Shown here one piece after another: positions 56,801 through 64,000 of a stretch of DNA of 64,000 bases; position 1 is the first letter of the stretch, and every line of letters begins with the position of its first letter. The translations under genes and the position numbers were made by a program. The notes beneath the pieces were generated by a model. It worked only from the letters and a program-made list of their open reading frames with translations, made no database searches and was not told the origin of the DNA. Origin of the DNA: Tubiluchus corallicola (lineage: Eukaryota > Animalia > Priapulida); the NCBI GenBank assembly GCA_030141605.1, contig JAQGDQ010000176.1, positions 372,001-436,000 on the forward strand, written 5' to 3'.

Positions 56801-58392
56801 CCAATACAATCATACAAAATGGCAACGTTGGCTAAGAGCTAGCCATGGAAAAACATTGCTACGTCCTGCGTTCCCAGAAACAACCATGTTACAATAATTA
56901 TAGCATTTTACCTTTATAAATAAAAAATACGCTTTTATATGACTGTGTCAAGTAATCATATGAACTTGCAAATTTTTTTTTATAAAATTCCCGGCCTGGT
57001 GCACGATGAAAAAATATTACCTGGGCGATTAGACGGAAACTGCATTTTTATTGTCGGCCTTAGGTACATTGAATTTACTTTTTAAACAAAGTAGGTCAGT
57101 TAAGTGTATCACAATTTTTTTTACATTTCCCTGTCCCAATGTTAGACAAATCGGGAGGCACCTATGACCGGGCCCAATCGCCGATTGTATGATCGGAATT
57201 GGCCATCGCTGAACCACAGATTTGTAGTAATGTTAAAGCATAAGGATCATTTGCATTATTGGAGTCCATTTTGCATTACGGTGCAAGTAAGTAATGTGAG
57301 TAGAAAAGAAAGAAGCTAAAAATTGTAAAAAAGTGCAATGAAATGATGAGGTGATACTGATAAAAATGCTGTGAAATGGCTATCATCAAGCTCAAACCTG
57401 TTATAAACAGGGACAGATTGTAAGTGGTATGCAACATGATACATGCAATATGGAAAAAATAGGCAAGACCAAATCCACCTAATATGTATTAGAGAGATAC
57501 GTTTTCATCATCTTCTTAAATCTAGCGTTTCATCATCTTAAATCTAGTTTATTGTTCACAAACATTGTAACACTTTGGTGTCATTAACCACCATAACATT
57601 GGTGGTTAGTGTAGTTAATGTTACAACTGCCATAGGCTTCATAATTTGAGCATCTTTTGGTTAATTTCTTTATAGAGTTCAAAAGGTAAAAAGATTTTAC
57701 AGAGCAGTCTAAGAGAATTGAGCATGTGCAGTCTGTGAAGAGCACCATAGTACACTTTGCGTCAGTACAGTATTAAAAATAAAACGGACAAAGTTTCGTT
57801 ATCTAGTTTGATTAGATTGGTGCCAATAACCCAATATTCTGGATAACTGGAATCCAGATAATCAAAGTCCTACTGTATCTAGGCTGTTACTGTTACTGTT
57901 AGACTTAGAGTCTATGTATAGGCTACATGTAATGTTCATAACTAATATTAATGTATAATAAAAACCTGTGTACACTCTTGCAAGTGTAAACTAAATAAAT
58001 TACTTGTAATACCTTATGGCTCTAATGACAAAGTATACGACTACTATGCCACTAATTGCCATTCCAACATAAATCATCCGAGTCATGGTCCCTTTTTTAT
58101 ACATATTGTGAACGAAACCATAACTGGTATCAGTTGCTTGAGGCATTTTATTATCACTCGGTTTTTTTCCTGAAACCTGTCCATTTGGGGCAGTACTGTT
58201 ATTTGACTGTATCGTAGAATTACCAGCACTTGCCGAACCCTTTTCTGTTGATTTCAACGATTTAGCTGCAGTATTGCCACTTATCGACGCCTTTTGATCG
58301 ACATTCTGATCACTTACAGACAAACATGCCGTTAGTAAAACACAGAAAAATATTACTTGTGCGTGTGCCACTATTATTTTATTACGCTCCAT
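53894..58392 (-). CDS. FAM174B: FAM174-family single-pass membrane protein, 173 aa
   Basis: Exons 58392-58013 and 54035-53894 join across a phase-2 intron. The protein has a signal peptide, an S/T/N-rich ectodomain, a TM segment MIYVGMAISGIVVVYFVIRAIR and the tail RTKKYGLL..EMTPL..DDDDDDMTVFE typical of FAM174. The paralogue letter is uncertain. Confidence 0.85.
54556..55600. mobile_element. Helentron-like (HINE-type) non-autonomous element with internal ~140-bp tandem units
   Basis: Perfect hairpin GTTTCTGAC-GTG-GTCAGAAAC near one end and TAAGAT-TTTGCT-ATCTTA at the other. Three units carry GACCTTTCATTTGAT (54811, 54947, 55096), with GGGTCAAAGGTCA and TGACCTTTGACCC motifs. Confidence 0.55.
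55867..57211. mobile_element. Non-autonomous hAT element
   Basis: Perfect 8-bp TSD AACCACAG (55859-55866 and 57212-57219). Ends CAGGGACGACC versus reverse-complement CAGCGATGGCC, with CCGAT-rich subterminal repeats. Confidence 0.85.
56489..57059. mobile_element. PIF/Harbinger-like MITE nested in the hAT element
   Basis: TTA|GGCCGGCCATAAAAAAATTGTTTCTGTCT ... AGACGGAAACTGCATTTTTATTGTCGGCC|TTA. Confidence 0.75.
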
Positions 58393-58674
58393 TTCAAATA
58401 ATCTTTAATCGCTATAACTTCTTATTAAAATAATAAACAGAAAAAAATCACACGCCATGTTTTATCTACGTACGTCACTTCGTGGCTTGTGCTGCCCTCT
58501 ATTGAGAGACTTGCTAAAATAAAAATTGTCTACGGCCGTGCAGACTACACACATTACTTGTTAATACGTATTATAAAATATATGTGTAATAGCGATTAAC
58601 ATATTTTAAAGTCCAGATTTAAAACTACGTAGTACAGCAACGGACAGTTTGTAGAGAAAAATCATGTAACAGAC

Positions 58675-59195
58675 ATGGAACAAGAAGATTTTGTGCCAGG
58701 GCGTACCCGGCGTAGTACAAACAGATACCTTTTTTGTCTGGTAGCTACTCTAGAGCAAAATCTACAGCGTGATATGAAATCACTGGCTATCTGCTGTGAC
58801 TTCGAAAGGGCATTTAAATAGCGTGTGGTGCCAAGGCCTCTTGTATCAACTACTTCGAGCAGACGTCAAAGGCAACTTCCTTGGTTTAATAAAGGACTTT
58901 CTCTACAATAGAACTGTAAATCTGAAAATAGATGAATATTTTTCTGGTGACCTTAAGTGTAGCATTGAAATCACGCCCCTCTTGTTTATTATATATGTTT
59001 CAAGTATGTTTGATGCTATTAAAATGATTACTAATAATATTCATGTTTATAAGTTTGCTGATGATGGCACAATTGTGGTAGGTGAGGGCACGTCTAACAA
59101 TTGCTATACTGCAGCACAAAAGCGTTGCGACGAACTTCATTTGTGGTGTCATAAGTGGAGACTAGTTATAAACACCTCTCCTAATAAAGCTATTG
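58675..59195 (+). mobile_element. Degenerate LINE reverse-transcriptase fragment
   Basis: Reads AICCDFERAF / NSVWCQGLLYQL..VKGNFLGLIKDFLYNRTV...ITPLLFIIYV...YKFADDGTI..LHLWCHKWRLVIN..K. It is frameshifted and the GVPQG motif is deleted. Confidence 0.85.
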
Positions 59196-59215
59196 GTCGG
59201 GATGACAAGTCCCTA

Positions 59216-59469
59216 GGTTTAGGACACGTCCACCAAGAAGAGTGACAAAGAGTTAATTAGTGTTCCATTTTTGGCAATTTTTGCTTGGAAAACTGGTGAC
59301 GCAAAACCATTGTCCTGACGTCATCCATTATATGTGCATATAACATTATAACTTTAATTCAGTAAAAGCTGACTGGCTTTGCATTATAAATGAGGACTAT
59401 GTAGAATGTTCGCGCATTATTGGTTATAAGTGTATTTGTGCGCAAAATTTTTCGTGAGGCCTTTGCTAG
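59216..59469 (+). mobile_element. Helitron 3' fragment (same family as 45598-46397)
   Basis: Colinear with about 46110-46397 and ends GCGCAAAATTTTTCGTGAGGCCTTTGCTAG|T. Confidence 0.85.
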
Positions 59470-59488
59470 TTATTTCGTTAATTCTTTA

Positions 59489-59556
59489 CTAGCAAAAGCC
59501 CCACAATCGAATGGAATATATATATATATAACATACCAGCAAAATTAATACATAGA
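59489..59556 (-). mobile_element. 68-bp mini-Helitron consisting of termini only
   Basis: The minus strand reads TCTATGTATTAATTTTGCTGGTATGT(TA)n...GTGGGGCTTTTGCTAG|T. Confidence 0.7.
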
Positions 59557-60181
59557 CTAGCAAAGGCCCCGGAAAAAACTTTGTGTCAGCAGTTTTCCAA
59601 GCGAAAATTGCCAAAAATAGAACATCTAATTAACTCGTCGGCACTCCTCTTGGCGGACGGGTACTAAACGTACTACACCACCGTGTAGCCCTGTTCTTCC
59701 TCTTTCTAAAGAGCTACATATCTCCTTTCGAGAGTCCCACCAGGCGCCGCTAGAACGTTTTTCTGCAAGCTGGTTGACCAAAATTTCGAAAAAATCGGGA
59801 GTTGGGTCCGGGAAAATGCCCGTTACGGGACGCCGTGGCCTTCTCGCGGAATCTAACTACGCCTGCTACACCCACCGCTGAGCGCGCTATCTATCCATAG
59901 CCAGCACCACCCCAAGCCCGTTCCCGTTCTCCAGAAATGAAGTATAAGTTTTGCAAAAAAAACGGCCGAAAAATGGCCATTTTTGGAGGGGTTTTTCGCC
60001 TCCCGTTCGTCCCGGTGGGCCCGATTCGGAAAATAAACCGCCAATGAGACCACACTAGATCGAGACCTTTCATTTGATGTACAGATCGCCGCAAATGGTG
60101 CCGTGTCGGAGCTGTAGCCTCGAATATATATAATTCGTTATATATATATATAAAACATACCACGGAAATTAATATTTACGA
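59557..60181 (-). mobile_element. Non-autonomous Helitron, copy 2 (inverted relative to copy 1)
   Basis: The minus strand reads A|TCGTAAATATTAATTTCCGTGGTATG(TA)n..TTCGAGGCTACAGC... and ends CCGGGGCCTTTGCTAG. It lacks about 170 bp present near the 3' end of copy 1. Confidence 0.85.
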
Positions 60182-61010
60182 TTAATTACTTGAAGTACTT
60201 TGGCGCACGTGAAAGCGTGTTTGTACGTAATCGTCGTAAGTTTTCTTGTTCTATTTTATGGGAGCCTTAACTCATTAAGCATAACCTTAGACCACAACTT
60301 CGCATTATTAAATTTTCGTTAATGTCGGTTTGAATAGAATGCAGAAAACGTGGCATAGGCCATACTCATTCGTTTAGAATACACCACAGAGATACCAGCA
60401 AAATGCATCACAATAAATAGAAGTGATGGAACACAAATAAATAAGTTAAACATAAATTCAATTTAAAAGTTAAATTTGACGTAAACTGAAACTCAGAGCA
60501 ACAAACTGAGTAATACGCAGCTTCGAAAAAATTCATCCCTTCCATTCATTCAGCTTATGCCCATCCTAATCAGCTGCAACATAGCAGAAAGGTAAAATTG
60601 ATCCAGAACTGAGGTTCCACCGTCGCCAACGTCCAGCGGAAGTTGAGCTGCGTAATAATTAGTGGCATTACGCAGCTCACATGCTCTAGAGCACCAGCTG
60701 ATAAACGTGCTTTCTTGTTATAAGCTTCTGGATTTCATATTTAGCCATCGCGTAACTTGACACCACGGCACTTAGAAACATTAGTCTATTGAAATAAGAA
60801 TTGTGCAATACAAACTAACTTTTTATAACTAGATTATAATAACCCGTATTTTGACGATTTTTTTTGCCGACCTGCTTCAAGCGTTTCATGCTCGAATGTA
60901 CACAATAACAATAATAACATCGCTCACAGTGTGCTGCAATTGCAACTACATTTCTCTAGAGAACTGACTATCACAGAGTGCACATAAGTTGAAAAGCGTG
61001 AAAAAACAAC

Positions 61011-61098
61011 ATGGGAAACTCTATCGGGTGGCCTTCAGATCTGGAACTGTCGGATTTTCAGAGAAGAAAGCTGTTGTATGATTACTACACGTTTTACG
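61011..61098 (+). CDS. First coding exon of a calexcitin / sarcoplasmic calcium-binding protein-like EF-hand gene; the rest lies beyond the window
   Basis: CAAC-ATG context; encodes MGNSIGWPSDLELSDFQRRKLLYDYYTFY, then G|GTAAGT (perfect donor, phase 1). LSDFQRRK.....TFY(D) matches the helix before EF-hand 1 in squid calexcitin and SCPs. Confidence 0.72.
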
Positions 61099-61303
61099 GT
61101 AAGTAAGAACACTAATCAAAGCAATTAAAAGCATTCGGTCTTAATCTATAGTATAGGGCCTACTGTTTTGTACGTATTACATTCCCGTTAAGTTTTGTTT
61201 CTAGGATATTTTGCTGAGTAACGTTGCTTTTCTCACTATAGTGTCTACACACGCACCTGCAGACATTTTATTTGTGTGACTACTGTGGCTGGGTTTGGGA
61301 TAC

Positions 61304-61400
61304 TTTACCCTTACCGTGAGGGTGTTTTATTCAGTTTTTATGTTAATTTTACACGTAAATATCTCAGCTATACGTTAATATTGGCCGTGAAAATGCCAAT
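61304..61400 (+). mobile_element. Possible Helentron/DINE-1-like terminus
   Basis: TTTACCCTTACCGTGAGGGT hairpin followed by AATATCTCAG. The other end was not found. Confidence 0.3.
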
Positions 61401-64000
61401 TTCACTTAGAGAGGCTTATATTTTTTCATAATTAGTCTAATTTTTCACAGGAATAGGAAACCTGCAGTACATAATACACATGCTTAAAAGCAAACAGGAC
61501 GATTTTTCAGATACCGTCTGATTTTGATGTATAGTATAGTGAAATATGAAGTATACACTTTATCGCCAATAATAATGCAAAAATGTTTCTTATAGTTAAA
61601 TATTAACTTAATAACTTAATTAAGATACGGTGAGCACAATTATGACGTCACAAGGGAACACGATTTCCACACGGCAAAAACGTGTTTACAAAAGCGAACA
61701 TTGAAATACGGTGCTGCTGTACAGCATTGATTATGACTTACGCCAACTCCGCAAATTTTAAGTTCAAACTTTAAATTCCAAATTTGCCGCTGTCATCGTC
61801 CATTGAATCATGCGTTCAGTAATATGACTTATGCCACGGCCTCCCTAATCTCTGCAATGGACCAAGTGCTTCTAATTCTTAAGATCAGCGCTGAAATGCT
61901 TGAATCTTTCTGTGCAAAATCTAAATGTGTTAAGACTGTTTATTTGCAAAAGAACCTTTTCTGCCTTCCCCGACGATATAACTGAAAATACGCGCTTTAT
62001 TAATCACAATTTTTTGAAAAGTATTTTGGGAAAGACTTATTTAGACTTTCGCATATTTTTGCGTACCTGTCGTTATGACAAGAATGTAACATACATACAC
62101 GAAAAAAACAACCGAGCCAAAAAATGTTTCATAAAAGAATTAGCTGTGTTGCACGCGCGAACAAATTCTTGTGTTGTTTATATGGGTTATTTACCTTCAT
62201 CACTGGTATAAAGTGGGAAACTAAAAGCCAATCAGCTTTTCCCAAGAGAGTGGGCGTAAAAGCCACGAGATATTAAAATTGAAGTTTTAGAAGCCACTAA
62301 TGATATCGGCTACTGCACAAAAAACTATTGCTAAGTAAATTATTCAAACAGCTATATAATCCTATGTGCATTTGACTTCAAAAAAGCTACGTTTATTATG
62401 ACACATATTTTGTGAGGCGTTGAGATGGTCTTGTTTTCCCCCAAAAATTGGGCAAAGCATATAAGTCCAGAACGTAAAAGTACGACAAGTTTTTCTGAAA
62501 TATTATTACTGGATGTAATATTGTTACAGGGGCGAAATGCCATTTATTTTCGCCCCTCCCCCCTCTACATTTTGATGGTTTGATCCATTATGAAGCCATT
62601 GCATATCAGCGTTGCAGCTATAAGTAGTTGGTATGGAATAACCTTGTCGGTTCAGTGGGCTGACGGGCAGGTGTGTCTTCCGCCTCAGCACCTGCTCCGG
62701 CATGGACCACGTGGGGTAGAAATCTGGTGTGTTACTTAATTCAGTAATTTTACTCTTACTACTGTTTTTTACGTTTTCTTAACTATACGACAACCGGCGT
62801 ATCAGCACCATCCGCTCTCCGTTAACAATATTTTATAAATGACAACAAACGCATCAGAGTTATCATTAAATAAAAGTTATAAAAATAACTAAAAAATTCT
62901 AAATTCTTTTTTACAGAAACATCCCAGTTAAATCTTTAGTGAACATTTTAATGCTGCCATGTTTTTGCTAACGCACTGACCTCTCGACTTGATAACTTTT
63001 TCAACGTGATAACTTGCCTGATCCTGCTGTATTAATTTCGCTCTGAACCAGAGACGACTATCATTACCAAGAAATTTTTGATTATTTCTTCAAGTTGTTG
63101 TCACAAGTTTTCCTCGCATCAGATTAGCTAATATTAACGTGGCATGTTCGGTGATTAACTGTTCTGCAGGTCAAAATTTGATAACTTCAATAAACACAAA
63201 ATTCTTAAATTTGCCACTAATCACCAACATTTCTTATTAATTTTTCTATAAGGCGGTTAGCACTCTATCCAGTTGTTTTGCCCAGTTATTTATTCAAATA
63301 CGTGAAGCAAAGTCATTAATATTTGTACTCATCATTAATTTACTATGTTTTAACCCACTTATCGGCTGTTTTTTTGGCTATAGTTTCATGATAATATATA
63401 AGAGATTTAGTCAGCGCTTATTTTAATGTAAGCGTATTAACTTTATTTACGGAAATAATAATACGAAAATGCGTCTTTTGAACATGTAAAATTAATTTTG
63501 CAAGATTTTTTAAAATAAATTAATAGGCTTCGTGTTTGACTGAAAGCGACTTAACTCGGGAATTACAGGATAGCCTCACGGCATTTTAATCCCGAAGTGT
63601 GGCGATCCATCTTACATAGCTGTTCTTTTGCTAACATGATTAATTATTTAATTACACTTTTTGTTACACTGCACATAGTTTTAATCACGCACTGAATTTT
63701 TAATTTCATTATTTTTGCTTACGTAATTTTACACATGCGTGCATATGTTTTATGGACATTTTTAGCGTCTGAAATAAAATTTTACTTACATACTTACTTA
63801 TTAGGCGAAAGTGAATAAAGCACAAACAAAAAATGACCAAAAAATTAAGAACATAGACATAAAGTGGGACCAGGTAATTAGATTACCATCCATAAAATAT
63901 AGGGGTGTAGTAGCTCAAACGTAAAGATCTAGATACATTTAAACCACATAGAAGTTAGAAAATTATCAATAAGCAACATGTCATAGTGTAGGCTTATTAT

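Larger units (their letters stand above)
55640..57875. mobile_element. Old pogo-like element hosting nested insertions
   Basis: CGGTAGGGCCTCGATTAACAGG versus the right-end reverse complement CAGTAGGACTTTGATTATCTGG (16/22). Right flank TA, left flank CA. Confidence 0.5.

Noticed and set aside
58796-59245. 149-aa RT ORF as a functional or domesticated reverse transcriptase
   Set aside because: It is frameshifted, lacks the GVPQG motif and is truncated by a Helitron fragment.

Overview
AT-rich eukaryotic genomic DNA from an animal, probably an invertebrate, with GT-AG spliced genes. In order it contains: (1) the 3' part of a ZMYM2/3/4 (woc-like) zinc-finger/DUF3504 gene (+, 13 exons traced, 1009-12805); (2) a convergent ZUP1/ZUFSP deubiquitinase gene (-, 14899-19510) with an intact catalytic core but an eroded-looking N-terminal region; (3) an 8-exon six-bladed kelch gene (+, 24665-33144) with one blade per exon; (4) an intronless GTP-type PEPCK (+); (5) an 11-unit polyubiquitin (-); (6) an intronless PDCD2 (+); (7) a two-exon FAM174-like membrane protein (-); and (8) the first coding exon of a calexcitin/sarcoplasmic Ca-binding-like gene (+, 61011-61098), which the ORF track misses. 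Introns and intergenic DNA hold pogo/Tigger-like, Harbinger-like, hAT and MULE-like non-autonomous elements, Helitron/Helentron-like elements, nested LINE relics and a Gypsy integrase relic. I found no unambiguous new multi-gene system. The best leads are the remodelled ZUP1, a Helitron head-to-tail junction with a 68-bp mini-element, a triple-nested transposon in the FAM174 intron, the exon-per-blade kelch gene and the possibly myristoylated calexcitin-like protein. Exon models and family assignments were made by eye from remembered motifs; no database search was run.
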